Source: Heteronotia binoei
Taxonomy: Eukaryota
NCBI RefSeq assembly: GCF_032191835.1
Contig: NC_083235.1
Location: 15,810,001 to 15,874,000 of the forward strand
DNA length: 64,000 bases
Reading direction: 5' to 3'
The position numbers and the translations under genes were made by a program. Below the pieces are notes generated by a model. That model was given only the letters and a program-made list of their open reading frames with translations, made no database searches and had not been told where the DNA came from. Positions 23,119-35,369 of this stretch are shown one piece after another; position 1 is the stretch's first letter; each line of letters starts with the position of its first letter.

Positions 23119-23249
23119 AGTTGTTGGACTCTTCTCTTGTTGTAATCCACCCTGAGCCCACTTTTGGGGAGGGTGGAATAAAAATCTAAATAAATAAATA
23201 ATGAATACAGTGGCATATAGAGGTATAGTAGTATAGTCTAGTATAGTGG

Positions 23250-23525
23250 TAGGAGTTTGATCCCGGAGGAAGCTGGGTTCAGGCAGCCGGCTCAAGGTTG
23301 ACTCAGCCTTCCATCCTTCCGAGGTCGGTAAAATGAGGACCCAGCTTCCTGGGGGGAAAGTGTAGATGACTGGGGAAAGTGTAGATGACTGGGGAAAGTG
23401 TAGATGACTGGGGAAAGCAATGGTAAACCACCCCATAAAAAGTCTGCCATGAAAACGTTGTGTTGCAACATCACCCCAGAGTCTGAAACACATGGTGCTT
23501 GCACAGGGGACTACCTTTACCTTTT
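23250..23525 (+). mobile_element. Sauria SINE (5' truncated) with an internal 19-bp triplication
   Basis: GGTTGACTCAGCCTTCCATCC...GCAATGGTAAACCACC...GCACAGGGGACTACCTTTACC tail. Confidence 0.8.
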
Positions 23526-24132
23526 CCTTTATAGTGGTAGTGGCAGGGAACGATTTGATGTAGTTTATACACCATTTAAATGCAACTGAAGCACTTCTAA
23601 TATGGGAAGACGTCAATTTTTATAGAAACAGTTCAACGGAAAGAAACACTAAAGGGTGCCATAATGAAAATTCATAGGTTCATTTATCCCTAGAGAACAG
23701 TCAAGCGGAAAATGAGTGCTAACCAAGCTAAAAGGAGCTGCTTGAACCAGACAGGTTGTGAAATTCAGTCTCATGGTCTTTTCATCTCCTGGCCAAACAA
23801 TTTGTGCCCCACAGATACAACAGTGATCACATATTCTTTTTTTAATTTTAAGTTTCCTTGTACTGACGTGACACTTTTAATTTAAGTAACTCTAGACAAT
23901 TATTGTGTGCTTCTTCACCCAGGTAAAGATTCATATAGTCTGGAAGTGGTATTAATGTTTTAAAAATGAAATCCATGAATGAATGAGTGAGCCAGTGAAT
24001 GAATGAATGAGTGAATTAATGAATGACTGAACGAATGCGGCCCCTTTTGGCCATCCCTTCTTAAGAACACTTCTCAAAGTCACTTATGAAGCATCGGATC
24101 AGGGATGTGCGGGGACCAACATCTCACAGTTG

Positions 24133-25068
24133 TTAGTGAGAAAATGATATCCTACCCAAGAGATTCCTCAGGGCTTTTTGGACCTCTTTATTCCTGAGGC
24201 TGTAGATGTAGGGGTTGGACATTGGGGTGATGATAGTGTACATGAGAGCAAAAATGGTCCCTCGTTGGGAAGAATAGCTGGATGTGGGTAGGAAGTAGAC
24301 CCCAATGATTGCACCATAGAAGAGCACCACCATGGTAAGATGAGAGCTACACGTGGAGAACGCCTTGCGCCTTCCTGAGGCGGAGAACTTCATCACAGCT
24401 GCCACAATGCGGAGGTAGGTGATGATGATGAAGGCAAAGGACCCCAGGATGACAGGCATGCCCTCGAAGAAGATGGCCGCTTCATTGATGCTGGTGTCCG
24501 AGGTGGAGAGCTGGAGCAAGGGCTCGTGGTCACAGAAGTAGAGGGGCAGATGGTTGTCCCCACAATAACTGAGGCGCAGGAGGAGGCCAGCATGCAGCAT
24601 GGAGTGGAGGGTAGAAATGATCCAGCACCCAGCCACCAAGCGTCCGCAGACCTTCCGGTTCATCACGATGGCATAGTGAAGTGGATTGCAAATGGCGACA
24701 TAGCGATCCAGAGCCATAACGCTCACCATGAGAATGTCTGTGATGCCAAACACATAGAAGAAGAAGAACTGAGCCATACAGGAATAGAAAGGGATTGTCT
24801 TGGAAGAGGACATGAAGTGGACCAGCATCTGAGGCACCGTGACTGTGAGGAAGCCCACGTCCACCACGGAAAGGCTCCGCAGCAGGAAGTACATGGGGGT
24901 CTGAAGCCGGGTTTCCACGGTGATGAGAATGAACATCATGATGTTGCCCAGGAGGCCTGCCCCATACATCAGCAGAAAGAAGACGAAGAAGAGAGACTGT
25001 TGTTCAGGTTGTGAGAAGAGACCAAGAAGCACAAACTCCACAACGTCAGTGCCATTCTCACAGTCCAT
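24133..25068 (-). CDS. OR1B1-like: Olfactory receptor OR1B1-like, copy A (311 aa, intact; start MDCENGT)
   Basis: PMYFLLRSLSVVD, AQFFFFYVFG, VMALDRYVAICNPLHYA, IFFEG, SHLTMV match recalled human OR1B1 (PMYYLLRGLSVID, AQFFFFYAFG, VMALDRYVAICDPLHYA, IFFEG, SHLTMV); acceptor CTCTCCACAG 5 nt upstream. Confidence 0.92.
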   Translation of the reverse strand: MDCENGTDVVEFVLLGLFSQPEQQSLFFVFFLLMYGAGLLGNIMMFILITVETRLQTPMYFLLRSLSVVDVGFLTVTVPQMLVHFMSSSKTIPFYSCMAQFFFFYVFGITDILMVSVMALDRYVAICNPLHYAIVMNRKVCGRLVAGCWIISTLHSMLHAGLLLRLSYCGDNHLPLYFCDHEPLLQLSTSDTSINEAAIFFEGMPVILGSFAFIIITYLRIVAAVMKFSASGRRKAFSTCSSHLTMVVLFYGAIIGVYFLPTSSYSSQRGTIFALMYTIITPMSNPYIYSLRNKEVQKALRNLLGRISFSH

Positions 25069-25734
25069 GTGACCTGTGGAGAGAATCACAGTTGGAAGGA
25101 ACCAGGAGGTCTTACAGATCTTGGCAACCCTACAGGAGTTAGGGTTGCCAATCCCCAGGTGGGGACACGGGATTCCCCCAGTTTGGAGGCCCTCCCCCCG
25201 CTTCAGAGTAATCAGAAAGCAGGGTGGGGGATGTCTGCTGGGCACGTCATTATTCCTTATGGAGAACAATTCCCTTAGGGAATAATGGAGAATTGATCCA
25301 CGGGTATCTGGGGTTCTGGGGGGACTGTTTTTTGAGGTAGAGGCACCATATTTTTAGTATAGCATCCAGTGCCTCTCCCCAAAGCACCCTCTAAGTTTCA
25401 AAATGATTGGATCAGGAGGTCCAGTTCTATGAGCCCCAAAAGAAGGTACCCCTATCCTTATTATTTCCAATGGAGGGAAGGCATTTAAATGGTGTGCGGT
25501 CCCTTTAAAAGTGATGGCCAGAACACCCTTTGGAGTTCAATTATGCTTATCATAACCTTGCTTCTGGCTCCACCCCGATGTCTCCTGGCTCCACCCCCCA
25601 AAGTCCCCAGATATTTCTTGAATTGGATTTGGCAACCCTAACAGGAATAGAGTAGAAATTGAGATCTGTGAATCCTTTTTGTCCTACTCTTCAGGGGGGA
25701 GGGTTTTTTTTTTTTTTAAATGCTTATGGAGGAT

Positions 25735-26630
25735 TCAGGGGTGATATGAGAGAGGTTTACAAAATTATGCATGAGATAAAGAAGGCAGAGAAAGAACTAG
25801 TTTTCTCCCTTTCTCGCAGTACAAGAACTCGTGAGCGCTCTATGAAATTAATGAGGAGTACATTTAGAACAGATAAAAGGAAGTTCTTCTTCACCCAGAG
25901 GGCGATTAGCATGTGGAATTCACTGCCACAGGAGGTGGTGGCAGCTGCGAGTATAGATAGCTTCAAGAGGGGATCAGGTAAACATGGAGCAGAGATCCAT
26001 CAGTGCCTGTAGCTACAAGGGGGCCTGTAGGGGCACAGCCCCCCAACTTCTGGGTGGGTTGGCCTGGCTCTGAGCCCCCAACCAGCCCCCGGGGCCTCTG
26101 CCACATCCTCGTGTGTGGGGCGTGTGGCAGATGCAGCCCCCCGTCTCCCATGCAAGTTGAAAGGGCTTACGGCGTTCGGCGATCAGCTGTTCGCCGGGCC
26201 CTTTAATTCACGTGGGAGGCCAGGACTGCTTCTGCTGCTGGCCCCATGTGCTATTTGAGTGGCAGGGAAGGAAGGGCGTTGGCGGTGGTGAGAGTGGCAG
26301 GGAGGGAAGGGAAGGTTGTGCAGGGCAGCGGCTGGTGTGTTGGTAGGTCAGGGTGGCCATGAGAGCAGCTATGGGCTGGGGCTACTGAGTGCCCCCCCTG
26401 ACCTTCCAAATCCTGGCTACTAGCCACAAGGTATACATGGAACACTTTGTCTGGGTCACTGACGATTTGTATTCTTGGTGCTTGGGGTGGAGCAACAGTG
26501 GGAGGTCTTCCGGAGTTCTGGCTCTACTGGTGGACCTCCTGATGGCCCCTGAGTTTTGGGCACTGTGTGACACAGAATGTTGGACTGGATGGGCCACTGG
26601 CCTGATCCAACAGGGCTGCTCTTATGTCCT
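25735..26630 (+). mobile_element. CR1 3' fragment split by another repeat (about 26010-26455)
   Basis: RGDMREVYKIMHEIKK...MWNSLPQEVV at 25740-25990; 3' UTR and TATGT tail at 26460-26630. Confidence 0.75.
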
Positions 26631-27394
26631 TAGGATGCAAAGGTACAACACATATTGTCTTCAGCTTGCATGTAATCAGCTTGATTACAGAACAAAGTTA
26701 GAGTCCAATGGCACCTTTAAGACCAATAAAGTTTTATTCAGGGACACTCCATCAGACAATAGAATGGAATGGCACATGAAAGCGCACACCCTGAATAAAA
26801 CCTTGTTGATCTTAAAAGTGCCATTGGACTCTTAACTTTGTTCTGTTGCTTCAAACCAACACGGCTGCCCACCCGGATATGGTTTGAGTATATATCTTAA
26901 ATGCATGGAAGTCATTTCCTTTCTGCTCTTATCAAACTGATTACAGTATGTGTTGTGCCTCTGCATCCGTTACAGGCATTCTTGAAAATACACCTCCCGC
27001 CTTTGGACCGTTGAAGTGCACGTGGACTCTCAAAAGGTCAGGGCTTTTTTTGTAGCAGGAACTCCTTTGCATATTAGGCCACACACCCATGGTGTAGCCA
27101 TAGGATTGCCAAGTCCAATTCAAGAAATATCTGGGGACTTTGGGGGTGGAGCCAGGAGCAAGGATGTGACAAGCATAATTGAACTCCAAGGGAGTTCTGG
27201 CCATCACATTTAAAGGGACAGCACAACTTTTAAATGCTTTCCTTCCATAGGAAATAATGAAGGGTAGGGGCCAGTCACAGTAGGCCCAGTACGAAGAGCC
27301 CTGTAAGCTCTTGGAAGATTGGCTACATAAGAGGAGTATGGCCTAATATGCAAAGGAGTTTCTGCTACATTAAAAAACCCCTGCAAAAGGTCAT

Positions 27395-27633
27395 TTGTTG
27401 TTCAGTCGCACAGTCGAGTCTGACTCTTTGCGACCCCACGGACAAAGTCACGCCAGGCCCTCCTGTCTTCCACTATCCTCCGAAGTCTGCACAAATTTGT
27501 GTTAGTTACATCAGTAACACTGTCCAACCGTCTCATCTTTTGCCGTCCCCTTCTTCTTTTGCCTTCTGTCTTTACCAGCATCAGGATCTTCTCCAGTGAG
27601 ATCTCCCTTCTCATTGGGTGGCCAAAGTATGGG
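27395..27633 (-). mobile_element. BovB (RTE clade) 3' fragment
   Basis: ORF 27402-27614 SLEKILMLVKTEGKRRRGRQKMRRLDSVT...DRRAWRDFVRGVAKSQTRLCD plus CTGAACAACAA end, the canonical BovB terminus. Confidence 0.9.
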
Positions 27634-29114
27634 AGATCATACAGGACACCAATCTAACTGTTTTCCTGCAGACCACGGTGGCTGGCCCCCTGACACTACT
27701 AAAGTGATTCTCAGCAGGGGTGGAATTCTAGCAGGAGCTCCTTTGCATATTAGGCCACACCCCTCTGATGTAGCCAGTCTTCCAAAAACTTACAAAAAAG
27801 AGCCTTGTAAGCTCATGGAGGATTGGCTACATCAGGGGTGTGTGGCCTAATATGCAAAGGAGCTCCTGCTAGAATTCCACCCCGGGTTCTCAAGAATAAA
27901 GGACTTCAAACATGAAATGCCGTTGCATGGAAATACTTTTCCATGGCTAACACTACAGCAGTTGTCTGCTACTACCTGCTGTTGCGTGTGACCGATCAAA
28001 CACCAGCAAACATTTGAAAATGGTACACTTCAGCTGCGAGTTTAGCCACGTGTGCGCTGCCGAATATTGTAAAAATAATCAAGCAAGAAAATCAAAAGTC
28101 AATACATGTGGTCAGGGGTCATTTTGTAGACAAAGAGGTGCCGGAGCTCATTAGCACACCTCATTTGCACTACTCATTTGCATATGCCACAGACCCCTGA
28201 CATCACCAGAAGGTGTGCTAAATTATATCAGCTCAGCATCTACCTTAAAATGCGTCTTGAATGATAAAAACCTTACTCCCATCAGACTTCTAAAATCACT
28301 TTCTTCTATGTGGCCACAGTGGCATGATGATCTCCATCTGTCTACATGTTTTGGTTATTTTACCATTTTTTGTGGGGGGGGAAATATTAGAAAGTTTATC
28401 AAATCTTAGAGTTCAGCAAGATTCTCACAGGGGGGTTGAACAATGGGGACCAGAAGCAAGGATTTGGGGGGGGGGGGGGCAGGGGGAGAAAGAAAGAGCA
28501 CAATAAAATTTAGAGGTTCCGGAGCTCCACTCCTGTGAGCTGCTGCCCAAAATGAGGCCTGGATGTGGTACATGCTGATATCAAATTCTGCATATCCTGC
28601 CAAAACTAATCCCGCGGAGAATTTTGAAAAAGATCTGGGAGAGGAAGTTCATTTCAGGACTACATAAATTCACTCACAAGTTCCCAGAAATTACCCTGAA
28701 CAATCCTTATTGCCAAATCATCCGCCAATGCCAAATTTCGACTTCTTTCTCATTTTGTATTTGACATGATGTAACTGTGTCAGGTATTTCTACGTTCCTC
28801 AGATCTGGAGGGCAGGGGATGAGAAGTGATCGTTATCATCAGGGCTTGTTTTGTAGCAGGAACTCCTTTGGATATTAGGCTGCACCCCCCCTGATGTAGC
28901 CAATCCTTTTGGAGCTTACAGTAGGCCCTTTACTAAGAGCCCTGTAAGCTCTTGGAGGATCGGCTACATCAGGGGTGTGTGGCCTCATATGCAAAGGAGT
29001 TCCTGCTACAAGAAAAGCCCTGGTTACAATAATAAACTAGTGGTCTTATAGCCCACTTTAGATATGTATATTTCAAATGCTTATCACAGAATGAGCATTC
29101 AACAAGCATGTCTC

Positions 29115-29312
29115 TTTCCATCAAGTTGCACCAGACCTATGGTGACCCCACCAGGTTTTCCAAGGCAAGAGATGAACAGAGGTGGCTTGCTATTGCCTGC
29201 CTCTGCGGAGCAACCCCGGACTTCCTTGGTGGTCTCCCACCCCAGTACTAACCAGGATGGACCCTGCTTAGCTTCTGAGATCTGACGAGATCAGGCTATC
29301 TGGGGCTAGCCA
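29115..29312 (-). mobile_element. 5S rRNA-derived SINE (paralogous copy 41700-41900 +)
   Basis: Reverse complement GCCTGATCTCGTCAGATCTCAGAAGCTAAGCAGGGTCCATCCTGGTTAGTACTGGGGTGGGAGACC is 5S-like. Confidence 0.7.
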
Positions 29313-29619
29313 GGCAAGGCAACATCTCCCCAAGCCAGGGGTGGCCAAACTGCGGCTCAGGAGCCACATGTGGCTCTTTCACACATATTATGTGGCTCTC
29401 AAAGCCCCCACGACCCCCATCTGCTGGCTTTAAATCTCTTTGCCAAGCCAAGCCTTCAGCGGCTTGGAGAATGCATTCAAAGTTAAATTTGCTCTCTTTC
29501 CACCTCTCCCTCCTTCCTCCATCTATTTTCCTTCCTTCCTTCCGTCTTGCAGTTCTCAAACAGCTGACGTTTATTCTACATGACTCTTGCATTAAGCAAG
29601 TTTGGCCATCCTTGCCCTA

Positions 29620-29915
29620 AAAGGTAAAAGTGGTCCCCCTGTGCAAGCACCAGTCGTTTCTGACTCTGGGGTGACGTCGCATCACGATGTTTTCATGGCA
29701 GACTTTTTACAGGGTGGTTTGCCATTGCCTTCCCCAGTCATCTACACTTCCCACCACAGCAAGCTGGGTACTCATGTTACCAACCTCAAAAGGATGGAAG
29801 GCTGAGCCAACCTTGAGCCGGCTACCTGAAGCCAGCTTCTGCCAGGATTGAACTCAGGTCGTGAGCAGAGCTTAGGACTGCAGTACTGCAGCTTTACCAC
29901 TCTGCACCATGGGGC
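29620..29915 (-). mobile_element. Sauria SINE (paralogous copies 35370-35665 - and 41092-41375 +)
   Basis: Full tRNA-like head and ACCTTT tail. Confidence 0.8.
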
Positions 29916-30611
29916 TCTCTCTCCCTGCCCTATACCATGCATATTTGCTCAGAAGAATGTCCAACTGTGGCCAGTTGGGCTCACAGAGAGCTGTGCCTTG
30001 CAAAAGCTCATCTTGAAATAACTATTGATAGTCTTTGAGGCTCTTTTATGTTGTTTTTCTTAGTGACAGGCAGCATTCAAGCCCCCTGTCCCCAGCTGAG
30101 CCTGTGATATGGAACACCAAACTTCTGCCCCAAGATCTGGGCCTGAGGGACTCTCTTTGCCCACCATGTGCCCCCTCCCAGAACTATCCTCTGAACAGTG
30201 TTGTGCCTCTGACTGTTGCACAGATGTTACATACAAACACACTTATGCAGGCTCACTCATTCAGAATCACCTTCCCCTCCTCTCCCCACCACAGGCACCC
30301 TGCAAGGTAGGAAGGGCTGATGGAGCACTGAGAGAACTGTGATTGGCCCAAGGTCACCCAGCAGGCTGCATGTGGATGAGCAGGGGAATGAAACCTGGTT
30401 CTCTGAACAACTACACTGCACTGGCAGATAGCTAGGACATCACAAAAGGAAGAAGACCGGCTCAAAAGACTTCAGCAACACCTTGACCGGTCAAGCCGGT
30501 CAAGCCGGCACAACACTGTTCAGAGGATAGTTCTGGGAGGGGAGCACATGGTGGGCAGAGTGGGTCCCTCAGGTCCAGATTTTGGGGCAGAAGTTTGGTG
30601 TTCCATAGGGG

Positions 30612-30826
30612 AGGGACGGTGGCTCAGTGGTAGAGCATCTGCTTGATAAGCAGAAGGTCCCACGTTCAATCCCTGGCATCTCCAAAAAAGGGTCCAGGCA
30701 AATAGGTGTGAAAAACCTCAGCTTGAGACCCTGGAGAGCCAGTCTGAGAAGACAATACTTACTTTGATGGACCAAGGGTCTGATTCAGTATAAGGCAGCT
30801 TCATATGTTCATATGTTCATGTTCAA
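30612..30826 (+). mobile_element. tRNA-derived SINE (Squam2-like), present only in the left arm
   Basis: GGCTCAGTGGTAGAGCATCTGC A box, GTTCAATCCC B box, (TTCATATG)n tail. Confidence 0.75.
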
Positions 30827-31004
30827 GCCTGATCTCATCAGATCTCGGATGCTAAGCAGGGCCGATCCTGGCAAGTATTTGAATAGGAGACTGTTTTGGA
30901 ATACCAGGACTGGGAGGCAGAGGCAGGATGTATTAAGCCATTTTCTGAATGTCCTCCATGCCCCAGTAGGGGTTGCTAGAATACACCATGACTTCCAGGC
31001 ATGG

Positions 31005-31038
<34 letters not shown>

Positions 31039-31785
31039 TTCAGAGCATGGACACATGATTCTGCCTTATACTGAATCAGACTTCTGGTTCATCTAGATCA
31101 GTATTGTCTACTCAAGCTGGCAGGAGCTCTCCAGAATCTGAGCAGAGGTCTTTCCCATCACCTGCTGCCTGGTCCTTTCCACTGGAGATGCCGGGGATTG
31201 AACTTGGGACCTTCTGCATGCCGAACAGAGGCTCTTCTACTGAACCAGCAGCCCTCCCCTAAAGCAGTCCTTCGTACATGAATACTCTTGAAGTTGCCTT
31301 ATACTGAATCAGACCTTTGGTCCACCAAAGTCAGTATTGTCTGCACAGACTGGCAGCGGCTCTCTAAGGTCTCAGGGGGAGATCTTTCTCATCACCTGGT
31401 CCTTTGGACTGGAGATGCCGGGGACTGAACCTGGGACCTTCTGCATGCCAAGCAGAGGCTCTATCACTGAGCTGTGTCAGGATCTTTCCTATCACCCACT
31501 ACACGGTCCTTTTTAACTGGAGATGCCAGAGATTGAAACTGGGACCTTTTGCATGCCAAAGCAAATGCTCTACTCATCTCCTTTTCTCATGGACACACTC
31601 AAGGACGTGCTGATGTACACAAACACACACATAACCATTTGTACTTCTTTCACCTCAGAAGGACAATTGTACCACTCTTTGCCCGGGGCAAACAATTCAA
31701 ACCCCACCCTCAAGGCGCTACTAGTAGTCAGTGTCTACATGAGAATCTGCAGTAGAATTTTAAAAAATGCGTGGACCAGGTAAAA

Positions 31786-32439
<654 letters not shown>

Positions 32440-32719
32440 AATGTGTGGACCAGATGAAAGGACCAGAGACGGTACGCCATTCCATCCAACCCGTGCCTAC
32501 CTCCGTCCAGACGATCCTGACCTCACCGATCGGCCCTTCTGACATTGAAGAAATGCAGTAAGCAAAAGAGGAATAGCAACAATGCCAGGGAGAATTATTC
32601 TGGGAGTCTTGAAACAGGAAGGCACATTCCCCTTTAAGCCTTCGCACTGTAAATCCCTGAGGATATAAGCACAGAGCCAGAATAGATGCTGTTGGTTTCC
32701 TTCACTGTTCTCTAACTAC

Positions 32720-35368
32720 AAACTCAAAACCCTTGATGCTATAAATGGCTATTTTAAACCCTTTTTTATTAATAGTAGGCCAATTAATTTTAGAGTGTAT
32801 ACTAGCAATGGCTGGTATGATTTGGAATGTAAGGCGACCGAAAAGAGATTACATCGTTAATGAGACTAGCAAGACGTAATAATTATGATTTGCTGATGTC
32901 ACATATTCTGAAAGTTAGGTCTTACTATAAAAATTTAATCAAACAGAAGAAAAGGGAGAATGCCAATTCTTTATGGGATGAGCTTGAATTAGCTGTTTCA
33001 AGGAAAAATGAAACTCGATTTTGGGATATTGTCTCTAATTGTTTTAATAGCTGCCCTCAACAGCTGGATGCACACATCCTCCCAAAGCTTGGGCTCTGCA
33101 TTATAGTCAGGTATTTGGGTTATCTGTAGCTTCTTCCCCTGTAGATATTCCACAATTGCAAAACTTTAATTTTGATATAACAGATCTACCCATGTGGGAA
33201 CTTCAGTCTCGGAGAAAGAGATTGATGGTATAATTAGTTATTTGGCCTCTGGAAAATCTTCTGGGGAAGACTTGATCCCCTCAGACTTCTATAAAGCCTT
33301 TCCCTCATGGTGGTCGCCTGTACTAGCCACAGTTTTTTCACAAATCAATGATACAGGCATAATCCCTTCCGGCTGGAAGCTCAGTATCATCGTCCCTATT
33401 CATAAGAACGAGGTTAAATCAGCTCCTCAGAATTATAGGCCAATCAGCTTGCTTGACATAGCAGCAAAAATATACAGTAAATATTTGCTGTTTAAGCTTG
33501 AGTATTGGGTCATTGAGAGCCATATTATTCACCCACACCAAGCAGGTTTTAGGAAAGGTTTTTGCACTGTTGACCATTGCCATACCCTTCATCATTTGAT
33601 GCATGCCGGCCTAAAAGGTCCCACGAAATCTCTATACGTAACATTTGTGGACCTGGCCGCTGCATTTGATTCTATTGATAGGAACTGTTCATGGCAAAAG
33701 CTATCAGATTTGAATATTGACAAAAGGTTGTTATTTTTGTTACACGAGTTGCATACTAATATTAGTGCTCAAATCAGAGTGGGAACTTCAGGCTCGCTAC
33801 AAAAAGAATCCCAATCTGTAAAGGAGTGAAGCAGGGATGCGTGTTGGCTCCTACTTTGTTTAATCTGCTTATTAATAACGCAGTTGAGAGGTTATCTGGT
33901 CCACAGTTTTTCCCGCCTACTCGTGGAAAGGATAAAATTTCAGTTTTGTTATATGCTGATGATATGGCCCTAATTTCGCTTACCAAATTTGGGATGAGAA
34001 GGTTGTTGCAGCAATTAGGACTATATTGTAAAGAAGAGGCCCTTAACATCAACTATGGCAAGACGAAGGTGATGGTCTTTAGGAAAAGGGCTCAAATATC
34101 ATCCTGGAGTATACTTGGTAACCCAATTAATCAATGTAGCTCCTTCAAATACTTAGGTATTACTTTTAGAGAGAATTTGAACTGGAATGTGCATATTGCT
34201 ACAGTCAAAGCATCTGCTGCGTGGATTGTGGGGGCTTTTCTGAGATTTTATTATACTAAGGGAGGTTTTCTTATTGACCCCGTTCTAAAATTATTCAAAA
34301 GTAAAGTCATACTCCACCTTTGGTACGGTGCCGAGGTCTGGGGATGGAAAGAGGACATCCTCACTGGTGTGGAAACTATCCAAAATCAGTTTTTAAGGCG
34401 CATTCTGGCTTTCCCTAGGGGAACACCGGCTGCCCTGATGAGAGCAGAAACTGGCCTTCCTTCCCTAAGGGCACGGGTACATCTTGCTGTTCTAAAAGCC
34501 TGGAAAACAACAGATCGGTCAGATCTGATTCGTTTAGTCAACTAGCTTTTAACTCAATGTTATCTAATGATCCAGAGCGCCTTAGCTTTTTCAATACTTG
34601 TAAAATATTCTATTCCTGATGACCTTCTTGCTGTCTCAGTAGACAATAGACATCTCAGAGATTGGGTATTCAAGTGCGATGCCACATTAGACAGACAACT
34701 AATTTTAAAATGTCAGTCAGCACTATGGTTTAAATGATTTAAGAATGATCATTCCAGGTCTCCCTACCTGGTTGGTATAGCTAACCATAACCTCAGAGTT
34801 GCCTTCACATCCTTGCGATTTGAAACAATGCCAACGGCAGTGCTCACTGGCTGTTATAGTAAAATACCTAAGGAACAGCGTGTCTGTATTTGTGGCATTT
34901 CTCTTAGTGAAGATTTACCTCATTACATTCTTAACTGTCCATTGTACGCTCAACCCAGGGCAAAAATTCTCTCCGGGATATTAACTAATCTACATGCCTA
35001 TTCAGATTCTGAGAAGATTGTATTTCTGTTAGCTGATTTTGATGCCAATATAGCTCATAGTATGGCATTGTATGCCCTAGCAACGAAGAAATAACGGGCC
35101 AAAGCTGTTTGTACTGGTGCTAATTAACTACTTTTTTGTGGTTATTCTGTGATCGCAATATTTGTTCTTATTTTATGGTGTATTTTGCCCTGGTTTGTTT
35201 CACATGCGGTTTTTTGTATTTGCTTATATTTTTGATGTATTTTTCACAATTTGTCTCATTTATATTTATATATATATATTGTTCCACCTGAACATTTTAT
35301 CTGTGTGATTTTCTTTTTGTTTGCAATGGCCTATGGCTTAACACAAATAAATTACTACTTCTACTTCT
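32720..35368 (+). mobile_element. 5'-truncated, frameshifted non-LTR retrotransposon, RTE-X-like, with RT and C-terminal CCHC zinc knuckle
   Basis: NYRPISLL, QAGFRKG, FVDLAAAFDSI, KQGCVLAPTLF, LLYADD, YLGI, YGAEVWG, RVCICG..EDLPHYILNCPLY; AATAAA plus (TAC/TTC)n tail. Confidence 0.85.
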
Positions 35369-35369
35369 G

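Noticed and set aside
23975-24030. (TGAA)n / (TCAT)n tract just 3' of both OR1B1-like genes
   Set aside because: Ordinary microsatellite copied with the duplication.
24526-25014. 162-aa antisense ORF present in both paralogs (also 43927-44415)
   Set aside because: Shadow ORF caused by OR codon bias; shared only because the duplication is recent.
25069-25269. 67-aa extension of OR1B1-like copy A (378-aa ORF), and the 7-aa extension of copy B from 43852
   Set aside because: Repeat-derived, starts at a non-ATG codon, lies upstream of the acceptor and is not kept open in both paralogs.
30035-30342. Three near-identical ORF sets (30035, 35786, 40675) suggesting a small gene family
   Set aside because: Duplicated non-coding and repeat sequence; no motifs, non-ATG starts, frames differ between copies.
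30615-30685. Possible tRNA genes at GGCTCAGTGGTAGAGC... sites
   Set aside because: Each continues into a common SINE body and tail; no intact cloverleaf.
30825-30910. Possible 5S rRNA gene (also about 40430-40515)
   Set aside because: Partial and diverged; matches the head of the 5S-derived SINE family.
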